A DNA stretch of 64,000 nt from IMG/VR virus record IMGVR_UViG_3300022074_000005; one strand, written 5' to 3'. Below the pieces are notes generated by a model. That model had not been told where the DNA came from. It saw only the letters and a list, made by a program, of their open reading frames with translations, and searched no databases. The DNA comes from a virus. The stretch's first letter is position 1. Every line of letters starts with the position of its first letter. The position numbers and the translations under genes were made by a program. Shown here piece after piece: positions 1 to 9,696 of this stretch.

Positions 1-1
1 T

Positions 2-2149
2 GTGTGATTCAGTCCATTTACTTAAACCATTTACTCCTCTAGGATACGCCACATCTTCAGGCGCTAGTGTTAGAAATTTTTTTCTAAAATTTTGAATAAA
101 AGTATTCAATTCTTTTTCATCACCATCCATAATAATACGTAATGCTTGTTTTATATTTTCTCTACATGGTGCAGGTGTTGAAGACTTAACTGCTTCTATT
201 CCCATAATTTTTAATTTAGGTTCTTTGTAACGAACACCTTCAACATCATGAGCATTTAAAATATATCTTTTCTTTGCTGTCCATATACCTTTGTCTGCGA
301 TTACTTCTCTTTTCATTTGCATTTTTTGTTCAAATGCTTTTGTATAATCAGCAAGTTCTTTATATACTTTATTAATAAATGGTTCTACTTTTTCTTTTGC
401 AATAGTATCAAGAAAGTCAACTGGGTTCTTTGGTTTAAACTTTTCAACCAGTTCATCAAATCTAATATAAACTGAATCTGTATCAGACGCAATAACATAA
501 TCAACATCTTTTGTTTTTAGTAATTCATTCATATACTCATTTAATTTTTCTTCTATCCAACGAATAGATAACTGACCAGAAGTGGTAATCGCTTCTGCAA
601 TAGGAAGATTATAATATCTAAACCAATTATTACCAATCGCACCATAAGCTGAGTTAAGTGAAATCTTTCTTGCCATTTGAATATTATCAAATTTAGATAT
701 CATTTTTAGTAGTTTTGGATTTTTAGTTTTTTCATATTCTTGTTTTGCATCTAACATAGCTCTTTTGTATTTTACTCTGTCCTCATACATTGTCTGCATC
801 ATTTCAGGTAAGAAACCTTTTTTGTCAGTTCTAAACAAAGCACCATTTGGTGTCATAGTAGTATCTTTTAAAATAGACGTATCAACTTTTTTAGATAGCA
901 ACTTATCTACGTTCATGTTAGGTACTGTTTTATCACTCTTTAATGTTTCTGGTGATATATTATATTGCATAATTAAATGTGGATATAATGAGTTTAAGTC
1001 AAACGATACAACCCATTTGTGTTCACCTACCTGTGGGTCTTTAACATATGCACCTTCATACTTGTCAGATTTTTCTTTATTTGTTTTTTGTGGTATAACA
1101 ATTTTTTTATCCATTAAGTAATTGTGAATAAGAACATCCCAATAACGAACACTACCAAGAACATCTACATAATTAACTTTCGCTTCATATGCCATAGTTA
1201 AACATAGTTCAATTAGTTTCATCTTATCTTCTAGTTGGTCAACTATCTCAACATCTTTAATATTATAATCAATAAAAGATTGAAAGTCATTTGTGTACCA
1301 ATCTCTAAATGTATCATGTGGATTTTCATTTTTTTTAATTCCAAGTTCTACATTAGCAATATGATCTAGTTTGTAACTCTCTTGATTAGTATATGTAAAT
1401 TTTCTATACAAATCATAATAGTCAAGAGCAGCCACACCTTGAATATCATAAACTTGATATTGTCTACCCATTTGATAAATTGTTTTAGATAATACTGAAC
1501 GCCAAGGTGATAAATCTTTTAAAGTGTCCTCGTTCATTATTTTTTTAATACGATTACACAAATAAGGAATATCAAAAAATTCTGTATTCCAACCTGTAAT
1601 TACATCTGGTTGATTTAATTTCCAAAACTTTATAAACTCTGTAAGTAATTCGTATTCATTATCACACTCAATATAAACAACGTCTTTTCTTTCTGTTTTA
1701 AATTTACCTACACCCCATACAAATATCTGTTTGTTTTGTTGATTTTTAATTGTAATAGATAATAATTCTTCAGAAGCTTCTTGAGGATTTGGGAAACCAT
1801 TTTCACAAGCAACTTCTATATCAATTGTAATAATTAATACTTCATCCATATTCCATTCAAGATTAGGATATTGTTCATACAAATAACTAAATTGAAAGTT
1901 GGTATTACCATATACTAGATGAGGTTGATCTTCGTATTGTTGTACCCAGTTCTTTGCTTCTTTGATTGTTTCATGTTTAATAGGCATAACATATTTGCCT
2001 TGTAAAGTTTTATATTTTGTTTCTCTCATAACAGGACAAAACATAGTTGGCGAATATTTAACCCTACGATTAATACGTTCACCATTTACAATCTCTCTCA
2101 ATAAAAGATTGTTACCCCATTGTATAATATTTGTATAAAATCTACTCAT
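2..2149 (-). CDS. gp43: Family B DNA polymerase (T4 gp43-like), 3' end outside window
   Basis: Not in the ORF track because it runs off the edge. Manual translation from ATG at 2149 gives MSRFYTNIIQWGNNLLLRE..., exonuclease motif TIDIEV, polymerase motifs SFDLNSLYPHLIMQYNISPET, RKISLNSAYGAIGN and IASDTDS. Confidence 0.97.
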   Translation of the reverse strand, partial: MSRFYTNIIQWGNNLLLREIVNGERINRRVKYSPTMFCPVMRETKYKTLQGKYVMPIKHETIKEAKNWVQQYEDQPHLVYGNTNFQFSYLYEQYPNLEWNMDEVLIITIDIEVACENGFPNPQEASEELLSITIKNQQNKQIFVWGVGKFKTERKDVVYIECDNEYELLTEFIKFWKLNQPDVITGWNTEFFDIPYLCNRIKKIMNEDTLKDLSPWRSVLSKTIYQMGRQYQVYDIQGVAALDYYDLYRKFTYTNQESYKLDHIANVELGIKKNENPHDTFRDWYTNDFQSFIDYNIKDVEIVDQLEDKMKLIELCLTMAYEAKVNYVDVLGSVRYWDVLIHNYLMDKKIVIPQKTNKEKSDKYEGAYVKDPQVGEHKWVVSFDLNSLYPHLIMQYNISPETLKSDKTVPNMNVDKLLSKKVDTSILKDTTMTPNGALFRTDKKGFLPEMMQTMYEDRVKYKRAMLDAKQEYEKTKNPKLLKMISKFDNIQMARKISLNSAYGAIGNNWFRYYNLPIAEAITTSGQLSIRWIEEKLNEYMNELLKTKDVDYVIASDTDSVYIRFDELVEKFKPKNPVDFLDTIAKEKVEPFINKVYKELADYTKAFEQKMQMKREVIADKGIWTAKKRYILNAHDVEGVRYKEPKLKIMGIEAVKSSTPAPCRENIKQALRIIMDGDEKELNTFIQNFRKKFLTLAPEDVAYPRGVNGLSKWTESH

Positions 2150-2523
2150 CAAATTTTTAATTGTTGTGCTAGTACCATAAGACTAAGCCAAATCCACATA
2201 GTATTAAACCCTACAAGTGTTGGTAATAATTTTTTCTCTGATGCCCACACTAACATAGTGCTTGTCACTAAACTAAAAACATATAACCACCATATTTCTA
2301 TCTTAAATATTAATCCTGGTATTATAATTATAGCTTTAGTTACCCACGCTAATGCTTCTACTGTATTATAGTCCGTCCAATATTTACGTTGAAACCACAT
2401 ACTATAGCATTCTTTTATTTTAAGGTAAGTGATACGTTTATATAATATATGAACGATGATCAACCATATAATTGTTGAAACTGTTACTTGCAAGACTGTC
2501 ATAATATAATATTTGTATAAAAT
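2123..2523. repeat. 19-bp exact direct repeat TATAATATTTGTATAAAAT (2123-2141 and 2505-2523)
   Basis: Identical 19-mers. One copy encodes the gp43 N-terminus (FYTNII); the other lies in the gap upstream of the 117-aa membrane ORF. Confidence 0.8.
2149..2502 (-). CDS. Small multi-pass membrane protein, unknown function
   Basis: 117 aa, about 4 hydrophobic Trp-rich segments; TGATG coupling to gp43. Confidence 0.7.
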   Translation of the reverse strand: MTVLQVTVSTIIWLIIVHILYKRITYLKIKECYSMWFQRKYWTDYNTVEALAWVTKAIIIIPGLIFKIEIWWLYVFSLVTSTMLVWASEKKLLPTLVGFNTMWIWLSLMVLAQQLKI

Positions 2524-3708
2524 TTATTCAAAATAATTTTCTAGTTTACCTGTTCTACTTAAATCTACTGAACAACAATGAGCACCACCAGACCATAAAA
2601 AGTTCCAACGATTAACCCAAGGTATCATTTCAATGTTATATTTTTTTAATTTATCAGCTAAGTTCTTATCATAACCAGAAGTGATAATAGTATTCTCATC
2701 TAAAGATAATACGTTACAATCAAATCTTGTCTCTTGAGCTATACCTAATAACTCTGGCATAGGATAGTTTTTTACACCTCTCTCTTCGCACAATGCTTTT
2801 ATAGTTTTACCATCATATTCTGCTGATGGGTCCATTATAATGATTTCCCAATTATTGTCAACCATTATTTTTGGTACGTATTCTTTTTTCCATGTTAATA
2901 CTAACCCTGGTCTTAATATTGCTATCTTACCATCTACATGTCCGTAAGCTTGCATCTGAACAAATTTGTGTTTAGGAAACTCCCTTTTGTACCATTCTAA
3001 CCCATTGTTAGTAATACATATTTGTGAATGTTCTTTTATACCTAATCTATCTTGAGGGTTTGCAAAAGTATGAAATATATGTTTTCCACATTTATAGAAA
3101 GCAGCTGTATCACCTATGATATTATTTTGATTATCATATGATTCTATCTGTTCATTGCAATATCTGTTTACTTCATCTATATCTGTTGTGACTTGTTGTG
3201 GTTTACTTTCATACATCATTGGTGGCATTGCAATGTATCTAGCACCATTCTTAAATTCATCTAACATTACTTTTTGATGATTTAAGTTTTCTAAACCTCT
3301 TTCTTTTTTAGCTGTGTAAACTTCGAATATGGTATTACCAATCTTTCCTATTGTATCTCTACATTGCATCGGGTGACTTAAACCATCTTCAATGTTAGGA
3401 ATAACATCTGGTCTTACAACTTCAGCACCATACTGTTGACACAACTTGGCAAGTAAATTTAAATCTTCATTTGTTTCATCATGTATTTTTTTTAAAGTAT
3501 CTTTGTATAATGGTAATTGTTCTTTGATATCTCTTTTATGATTAGTGTAATCTAGAGTATCATCAGCATATTCCACGCTTCTATTTCGTACTGTATTGTC
3601 GTACTCCATGAGAATCTTATTCTCAAATTCATCTTCTACTTTACTGACATCATAGGTTTTACCTATTAGGACTTTTTTAAGAGGTGTCCACTCATCATAA
3701 ACTGTCAT
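2524..3708 (-). CDS. Amidinotransferase (glycine / inosamine-phosphate amidinotransferase family)
   Basis: N-terminal VYDEWTPLKKVLIG, QCRD, GHVDG, C-terminal GGAHCC catalytic Cys motif of pentein amidinotransferases. Confidence 0.88.
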   Translation of the reverse strand: MTVYDEWTPLKKVLIGKTYDVSKVEDEFENKILMEYDNTVRNRSVEYADDTLDYTNHKRDIKEQLPLYKDTLKKIHDETNEDLNLLAKLCQQYGAEVVRPDVIPNIEDGLSHPMQCRDTIGKIGNTIFEVYTAKKERGLENLNHQKVMLDEFKNGARYIAMPPMMYESKPQQVTTDIDEVNRYCNEQIESYDNQNNIIGDTAAFYKCGKHIFHTFANPQDRLGIKEHSQICITNNGLEWYKREFPKHKFVQMQAYGHVDGKIAILRPGLVLTWKKEYVPKIMVDNNWEIIIMDPSAEYDGKTIKALCEERGVKNYPMPELLGIAQETRFDCNVLSLDENTIITSGYDKNLADKLKKYNIEMIPWVNRWNFLWSGGAHCCSVDLSRTGKLENYFE

Positions 3709-4445
3709 TTTATAAAAAACATATCACAACCAAAGTTATCTCTCTGTCGAGATAAACAAGCGTTGTATCCTTTCGATTTAAATTCATCTATAACTTCAAT
3801 CATATCAAACATTGCCTCATGAGGATTAGGACAATATAAATGAGCTCTAACATGAAAGCATTTAATTGGTATGTTGTTATCTAATATTTCTCGACAAGTA
3901 TCATACCATACTCCCCAAGTATCTGCTTTAATCAAATCAGGCATACCATGTTTTTTAATCATGGTACTTAAATTTTCTGTTTTAACCATAACATGTGATT
4001 GATTTTTATCTTCATAGATAGAGTCTATTGATTTAATAAAATGTGGTTTTAAATTATATTCTCTACCATACGGATTATCACCATATCCAAGTTCAGTTTC
4101 TAATAATGTTGGATTATAGTAAAATGGCATTTCACCATTTTCTTTTGCATAACAAACATTATGAAATTTCATTTGTGGTTTAAATGGCCAACTATCTTCT
4201 TTCCACCATTGTGCTGATTCAGGTGAACCATCAAAACAATGAAATTTTAAATTAGGATTATCTGTTGCCATAGCTATTTCCATGTCAACATCTTTTGATA
4301 CACCAATGCTATAGACTGTTGAATATTCTTTTATTTTATCAATAGGGAAACGATATCGACCATACTCTTCATATGGTGTATAGTCTAAATGTATTTCCTC
4401 TATTTTTCTTAATTGTGATTTAAGTTCCGATAGGTTTTGCATCAT
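3705..4445 (-). CDS. FkbM / Methyltransf_22-like SAM-dependent methyltransferase
   Basis: VYSIGVSKDVDME, HCFDGSP and LIKADTWG (variant of LKxDIEG). Confidence 0.7.
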   Translation of the reverse strand: MMQNLSELKSQLRKIEEIHLDYTPYEEYGRYRFPIDKIKEYSTVYSIGVSKDVDMEIAMATDNPNLKFHCFDGSPESAQWWKEDSWPFKPQMKFHNVCYAKENGEMPFYYNPTLLETELGYGDNPYGREYNLKPHFIKSIDSIYEDKNQSHVMVKTENLSTMIKKHGMPDLIKADTWGVWYDTCREILDNNIPIKCFHVRAHLYCPNPHEAMFDMIEVIDEFKSKGYNACLSRQRDNFGCDMFFIK

Positions 4446-4851
4446 TTTTCACTTCTTTAGTCTTTCCAATATTATATTTTGTTTCTAAATTCCACTCTGA
4501 TTTTTCTTTAAATGAAATAATTTTAATCTGACTTAATGGTGCGATAGGTTCTGTTGTACCTATAATTGATACTAAACCCCAATCGCTTAATAATGATGCT
4601 ATACGATTTCTACGACCTATATCATTTTCTGATAAGTTTGTTTCCTTACCATCTAATGCAAACAGCTCTTTGAAATGTACTATGTAATACTTACCTTGCT
4701 TGTGAAGTATATGACATGATTGATATAATTTTTTTTCTTTTCTTGATGCTACGCCGATACGTGAAAGTGTCTCTCTGACCTTAAGGAAATCGTCAGGTTG
4801 TTTTAGAGTCACTTCCAACATTTGCTCTCTTGACCATTTAACGTTTTCCAT
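4420..4851 (-). CDS. regA: RegA translational repressor
   Basis: DDFLKVRETLSRIGVAS, LYQSCHILHKQGKYYIVHFKELFALDG; likely start MENVKW at 4851. Confidence 0.97.
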   Translation of the reverse strand: MENVKWSREQMLEVTLKQPDDFLKVRETLSRIGVASRKEKKLYQSCHILHKQGKYYIVHFKELFALDGKETNLSENDIGRRNRIASLLSDWGLVSIIGTTEPIAPLSQIKIISFKEKSEWNLETKYNIGKTKEVKNDAKPIGT

Positions 4852-5233
4852 GTTTACCACCTTTATTCAACTTTTCTTTTATTTGTTTTATTTGTTCATC
4901 GTTTAATATGTTAAGAGCAGATTTTCCTTTTTCATTATTATAACCATAATACTCTTTTACATACTCTAAATTTTTGGACTTGCTTGACCTCATCCAAGGT
5001 GCAAACCTTCTACGTGTCCTTAAACTATTTAGTAAAAAATCATACTGAAGTTTCTTGTCTAGATGATGATTACGATTCATTTCATTTACTAACATGACCG
5101 TATCATTAAAAGGTGCTAGGCATTTATTAACAACATATGCTGGATACTTTTTTTCCCATGTGACATCACCACTATCCATAAGATTATTTTTTTCATAGTT
5201 TATACTATTAAGATATTCTTTCAATTCATACAT
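4838..5233 (-). CDS. gp62: Clamp loader small subunit (gp62)
   Basis: YLNSINY, NEMN, QYDFLLNSLR, VKEYYGY; position upstream of regA. Confidence 0.93.
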   Translation of the reverse strand: MYELKEYLNSINYEKNNLMDSGDVTWEKKYPAYVVNKCLAPFNDTVMLVNEMNRNHHLDKKLQYDFLLNSLRTRRRFAPWMRSSKSKNLEYVKEYYGYNNEKGKSALNILNDEQIKQIKEKLNKGGKHGKR

Positions 5234-5243
5234 AATTTAATCC

Positions 5244-6335
5244 TTAGTTATATACTATCTTACTATTGATAATATTTTTTATATATTCGCCACCATCTAA
5301 ATTAATATCTGGTATGTCTTGTTCTTTTATTTTATTTGTTTGTCTGATACCTTCAACAAGCATGTCGGCATCTAAATCATTATTTGTTAACCAATGGCAA
5401 CCACCAGCTTTAGAATATGCATCTGCTCTAAAAGGTTCCTCAGTTGCAATGATATTATTATTAACATCATACATTTCAGACGAAGTAGCTTCATTTGGTG
5501 TAACTAATGCTGGTGTTTTAGTTATATTTAAATCTGTAAAAGTCATATATCCTAACATTGTAAAAGCCATTTTATGTATTGATAGATAATCTCTAAATTC
5601 ATTTACACTAGGTCTTTCAATTAAATGTATGCCTCTATTCTCTGCCATAATTCTAATATCTTTTGGTGTCTTTGGTCCAACTATAAATGACATCTTTTGC
5701 CACATCATCTTTTCTTTAACTTGTAAAAACAATCTTTGATAATGATGAGTTAGTTCATACCAATCACCACCTGATACTAATATGCCATCTCTTTTATCTA
5801 TACTAGGTTTTTTATATGGAAGTGTAACATAACCTGTATTATGTATTTCACAATCTATCATTGGTGTTTCATGTAATTGTAAAGTTGCATCTATAAAATT
5901 ATCGTCACCTGCAAAAAATATGCCATCGTAAAATTCATTAAGTCTTTCAGTATAGAAATACATATCCTCTGGTTTAATCCAAGGTATGTCTCTATCTAAA
6001 GAATATATTCTTTTACCTGCTTCTTTTGCATGTTCTAATATATCAAGTATACCGCCATGTTCCCATAGTTCACCTCTTTGCTCTGTCCAAAAGGGGTCCC
6101 AACCATATCGACCAAAAGGATAACCCTCTGTAATAACTACATCTGGGTCATACTCTCTATAGTCTTGATATAGATCGTTATACTCTTTATCTTTACCAAA
6201 GAAGTCTATTGATTTTGATTTACCTGTAAAAGGTCGAGTTATGATAACTCTATCATTTAAATATTCGCCTAATGCGTTTGCTCTACTGATATGTCCATGA
6301 CCAGTATTACTTTGTACTAATATCAAACTCTTCAT
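5244..6335 (-). CDS. GT-B fold glycosyltransferase (COG4671 / GT28 C-terminal-like)
   Basis: GHGHISRA, PDVVITEGYPFGR, ILVSGG and MLGYMT motifs; likely start MKSLILV. Confidence 0.8.
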   Translation of the reverse strand: MKSLILVQSNTGHGHISRANALGEYLNDRVIITRPFTGKSKSIDFFGKDKEYNDLYQDYREYDPDVVITEGYPFGRYGWDPFWTEQRGELWEHGGILDILEHAKEAGKRIYSLDRDIPWIKPEDMYFYTERLNEFYDGIFFAGDDNFIDATLQLHETPMIDCEIHNTGYVTLPYKKPSIDKRDGILVSGGDWYELTHHYQRLFLQVKEKMMWQKMSFIVGPKTPKDIRIMAENRGIHLIERPSVNEFRDYLSIHKMAFTMLGYMTFTDLNITKTPALVTPNEATSSEMYDVNNNIIATEEPFRADAYSKAGGCHWLTNNDLDADMLVEGIRQTNKIKEQDIPDINLDGGEYIKNIINSKIVYN

Positions 6336-6963
6336 AACCAAACTTTTTATAGACAGGCAACTTATGAATATCTGGGTAGTAATCCCAATCTTTTTTCATA
6401 GGTTTTACGTCTTTCACTTTCTCAAAATTTTTTAATCCTATTTTTGCTTTGTGTGGTGTCATATAATAATGATAACCAAACACATCTATATGTTGTTCAT
6501 TCCATGGCACACTTGATCTTGTTCTACCATCGTAACACATTAACCTTAATAAATCAGCATCTTCTTTATTATCTAAAAGTATCATGCCACCTCTGTCTGT
6601 ACTTAAATGTTTTCTATAAAAAAAACTTAAACACATTCTGGTGCCAGGTTCGTAACCATTCTTTTTCCAATACACAGCTGCATCAATAGTTTCTTTTGTT
6701 AGATAATAATACTCATGCCAATGCACATCACCCCATTGAAACTTCCAACCATTTTTAATTAGCATGTTTGGAACTGAAACGTATGTGTGAAATGGAACTT
6801 TGATAGCACGAACTTCTTTACCTTGCTTTTGTTTTTCTAATCTTAAGCAAAGCTCTAAAGCATTTGTGCAACAATCTGTGGCAACCGCATATGGAGCACC
6901 AAAGAATTCTGCGACTTTGTTTTCAAACTCTGTGACGACATGCCACTCGTTTTTTTGCATCAT
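6307..6963 (-). CDS. Short DegT/DnrJ/EryC1/StrS-family PLP sugar aminotransferase
   Basis: FENKVAEFFGAPYAVATDCCTNAL, IDAA, SFFYRKHLSTDRGGMIL (PLP lysine), GYHYYM; 218 aa, lacks the usual C-terminal domain. Confidence 0.85.
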   Translation of the reverse strand: MMQKNEWHVVTEFENKVAEFFGAPYAVATDCCTNALELCLRLEKQKQGKEVRAIKVPFHTYVSVPNMLIKNGWKFQWGDVHWHEYYYLTKETIDAAVYWKKNGYEPGTRMCLSFFYRKHLSTDRGGMILLDNKEDADLLRLMCYDGRTRSSVPWNEQHIDVFGYHYYMTPHKAKIGLKNFEKVKDVKPMKKDWDYYPDIHKLPVYKKFGYEEFDISTK

Positions 6964-6971
6964 AGACTCAT

Positions 6972-6979
6972 TATTTATC
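6972..6979 (-). promoter_or_regulatory. Possible late promoter variant GATAAATA upstream of the aminotransferase
   Basis: Occupies the 16-bp gp44/DegT gap; the same variant lies upstream of gp13 (44903-44910). Confidence 0.4.
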
Positions 6980-7915
6980 TTATTTAAACTTTACTTGAGA
7001 CATTAATTCAGTCATACAAGCCAACATGTTTATTTCTTGATCTGCTACAAATGCAGATTTGTATTGATAATCTGCAATAATAACAACTGCATGTGGTATT
7101 GTGCTATGGTCTAAATTGTCATATAAAGAATTATAAATTGTTCTAAAAATTCTTGATGGGTCATTATCTAAATTATTAACAATCCATTTACGAACATTGG
7201 TAAACTCTTTTGCTTTTAAAAAACCTGTAAGCTCTTTTATGTTTTCGCTTGAAAGATTTACAAGTATACCTGCATCTATTTGACCAGAAGAAGAATATCT
7301 TTGTAATTCATTTAAACATCTTCGCCAATCGGGAAAATACTTATTAATTAATTCAGCAATAGCTTTAGGTTCAAACTTAATTTGTTCTTTGTTAAGAATA
7401 TCTTGTACTCTTTCAAAGAATAATTTAGCAAGTTTTATTCTTTCACCGTTTCTTATTGTAAAATCAATATTAGAACATCTAGATTGTAAAGGTTCAATTA
7501 ATCTATTCTTATAATTACATGTTAATATAAAACCACAGTTCTTATGAAACTCTTCCATAAATCCACGTAAGGCAGGCTGAGTTGATTGAGGATTAAGATA
7601 ATCTGCCTCGTCTAGTATAATATACTTTCTACCACCTTCTAGCGATACAGTTGATGCAAAGTTTTTAATTTTAGTTCTTAGTACATCAATACCAGATTCC
7701 TCTGAACCATTAATTAACATCCACGTAGAACCAATCTCTTCTACCATTGCTTTTGCAATAGTAGTTTTGCCAGTTCCAGCAGACCCAGATAATATAAGAT
7801 TAGGTATATGTTGATCTTTTACAAACTCTGTAAAAGTTTTCTTTAGTTCAGTAGGTAATATACATTCATCTACTGTCTTTGGTCGATACTTCTCGACCCA
7901 TAGAAATGTTTCCAT
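6980..7915 (-). CDS. gp44: Clamp loader large subunit (gp44)
   Basis: LWVEKYRP, Walker A GSAGTGKT, Walker B ILDEAD, SRC motif. Confidence 0.97.
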   Translation of the reverse strand: METFLWVEKYRPKTVDECILPTELKKTFTEFVKDQHIPNLILSGSAGTGKTTIAKAMVEEIGSTWMLINGSEESGIDVLRTKIKNFASTVSLEGGRKYIILDEADYLNPQSTQPALRGFMEEFHKNCGFILTCNYKNRLIEPLQSRCSNIDFTIRNGERIKLAKLFFERVQDILNKEQIKFEPKAIAELINKYFPDWRRCLNELQRYSSSGQIDAGILVNLSSENIKELTGFLKAKEFTNVRKWIVNNLDNDPSRIFRTIYNSLYDNLDHSTIPHAVVIIADYQYKSAFVADQEINMLACMTELMSQVKFK

Positions 7916-7917
7916 AA

Positions 7918-8592
7918 TTACGCCTCATATGTTGATTCAGGTTCTAATGCAATCCAATATTCAATATTCTTAGCAGAGTTTTTAAAATTACTGATATTTT
8001 TTGACGATATTGTAATGTCATATGTACCAGGTAATAATTTCATATTCTCTACTTTAAAAAAGAACTTAAATGATTTTGCGTTAGAAGAACAATCTACATC
8101 TATTGCATAATTATTAGCAGTATTATTTTTTTTATCACATACAGTTAAAGCACATCCATTGTCAGTTTTTTCAAGAACCATATCGGGTGCTTGAACGACA
8201 CTAGCTGCTCTTTTTAGTTTTTCTATATCTTCACTTGACAAAGTAAGTTTAACATCCTCACTTGGCATTGTAATCATCTTACTAGGACTTGTTACAACAC
8301 TAGGGTCAGAATACCAATATTTAAGAGTTGCTTTTGAACCCTCATCTTTCATTGTCATGTATTGATCTTGAAAATCAAGAACTGGTTGAGTAAATAGTGA
8401 TAGTGATGATAAGAATTCATTCAAATCATATATCGCTACTTCTTTAGGAAATGTCTCAACAACATCTGCTTTTGCCACAATGTTTTTCATCGCTGACATT
8501 GTAGTAAGGGTATTGCCTTCTTTGATAACTAAATTTTGATTTATACTACCAAAGTTTTTAAGAACCCCAATGGTCTCGTTGCTCAATTTCAT
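7918..8592 (-). CDS. gp45: Sliding clamp (gp45)
   Basis: LKNFGSINQN, IYDLNEFL, C-terminal YWIALEP; adjacent to gp44. Confidence 0.96.
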   Translation of the reverse strand: MKLSNETIGVLKNFGSINQNLVIKEGNTLTTMSAMKNIVAKADVVETFPKEVAIYDLNEFLSSLSLFTQPVLDFQDQYMTMKDEGSKATLKYWYSDPSVVTSPSKMITMPSEDVKLTLSSEDIEKLKRAASVVQAPDMVLEKTDNGCALTVCDKKNNTANNYAIDVDCSSNAKSFKFFFKVENMKLLPGTYDITISSKNISNFKNSAKNIEYWIALEPESTYEA

Positions 8593-8869
8593 TATTCACT
8601 TCTCCATTATCTAAATTATGTAATGCCATTATACCATAATGTATTACTTTAAGCAAGTCTTTTCTATTCTTGCCATCTTTTTTGCCAAAACGCTGAGCGT
8701 ATTTCATAATGTTGCCAATACAAAATCCCTCACCGTGTCCACTATCCATAATAAACTCTGTTGCTTGAAATTTATTTTTAGAATAATGCTGTTTATAGGT
8801 ACTGTCGATATATTCTTTTAATTCTTTTAAAATTTTATCTTCACTATACCTGTAAATACTATCACTCAT
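8558..8869 (-). CDS. DUF3310-like conserved phage protein (putative nucleotide kinase family)
   Basis: STYKQHY, GFCIGNIMKYAQRFGKK and DLLKVIHY motifs. Confidence 0.75.
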   Translation of the reverse strand: MSDSIYRYSEDKILKELKEYIDSTYKQHYSKNKFQATEFIMDSGHGEGFCIGNIMKYAQRFGKKDGKNRKDLLKVIHYGIMALHNLDNGEVNNEIEQRDHWGS

Positions 8870-9455
8870 AATCAACACCTATTTCTATAACAGGTGATTT
8901 TTCTAGATAATCATCTGTAGGTGTTTTATTAAATGTTACATAACTAGGATATATTATTAATACACCTGGTTCTGTAGTTACGTCTTCATTATTAGAAGGT
9001 CTTAATGGATGATCTTTTATATCATCTGCCCATTTTAAATTAAATAAACCACCACCATCTGTAAAAAATAATGCTTTTAATTTATGATCATAGATATTAT
9101 TAGGATTATTTTGATATAACCTAAAATCTATTTTCAATTGTTTTTCTAATGTGTAAGTTTTTTTCAAAAATGTTTTAGCAATTTGTTTAAAAATGTTTTC
9201 TAAATTATTTCTAAATTCATCTGTAGGATTATCAATACCATCTATTACTTCTTCTAATATTTCACTAGGAAATTCTACACGCATCATAGGTGCAGATATT
9301 TTATTTCTTAATTCTATACCAAGACCTTTATTAGTCTCTTCATGTTTCTTTTTTAATTCTTGTTCTTTATCAAACTTGGCAGACTCTTCTTTATTAAGTT
9401 TAGCTTGTCCACCATCTTTTAAACCACCTGGTTCTAAATCAAATACTTTTACCAT
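8862..9455 (-). CDS. Hypothetical protein, possibly a degenerate 2OG-Fe(II) oxygenase fold
   Basis: EPGVLIIYPSYV resembles the ExGxLxxFPSxLxH motif but lacks the His. Confidence 0.55.
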   Translation of the reverse strand: MVKVFDLEPGGLKDGGQAKLNKEESAKFDKEQELKKKHEETNKGLGIELRNKISAPMMRVEFPSEILEEVIDGIDNPTDEFRNNLENIFKQIAKTFLKKTYTLEKQLKIDFRLYQNNPNNIYDHKLKALFFTDGGGLFNLKWADDIKDHPLRPSNNEDVTTEPGVLIIYPSYVTFNKTPTDDYLEKSPVIEIGVDYE

Positions 9456-9625
9456 AATTTAAATCTCTCTAATTTTTCTAATAGTTTTTTTATAGGTTTA
9501 TATACTGTCCATATCTCATCAATATGTCTATCAAGTTTTTTATCTAACTTGTCTAACTTTTTTTCTATAGATGTAAGTTGTTTTCTAGTTTCTGAATCAA
9601 CTTCTTGACGACCATGTATTTTCAT
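9449..9625 (-). CDS. Small coiled-coil protein (58 aa)
   Basis: Manual translation MKIHGRQEVDSETRKQLTSIEKKLDKLDKKLDRHIDEIWTVYKPIKKLLEKLERFKLW; overlaps the start of the next gene. Confidence 0.65.
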   Translation of the reverse strand: MKIHGRQEVDSETRKQLTSIEKKLDKLDKKLDRHIDEIWTVYKPIKKLLEKLERFKLW

Positions 9626-9649
9626 AATATATTAAGCTCAAGATACAAC

Positions 9650-9679
9650 AAAAGAGGGGTCGTTGTCAACCCCTCTTTT
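9650..9679. terminator. Bidirectional intrinsic terminator downstream of hsp20, with an embedded TTGACA
   Basis: 11-bp stem AAAAGAGGGGT / ACCCCTCTTTT with 8-nt loop; minus-strand TTGACA (9664-9669)-N18-TATCTT (9640-9645). Confidence 0.8.
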
Positions 9680-9696
9680 ATCTTTTTTAGGTTATA

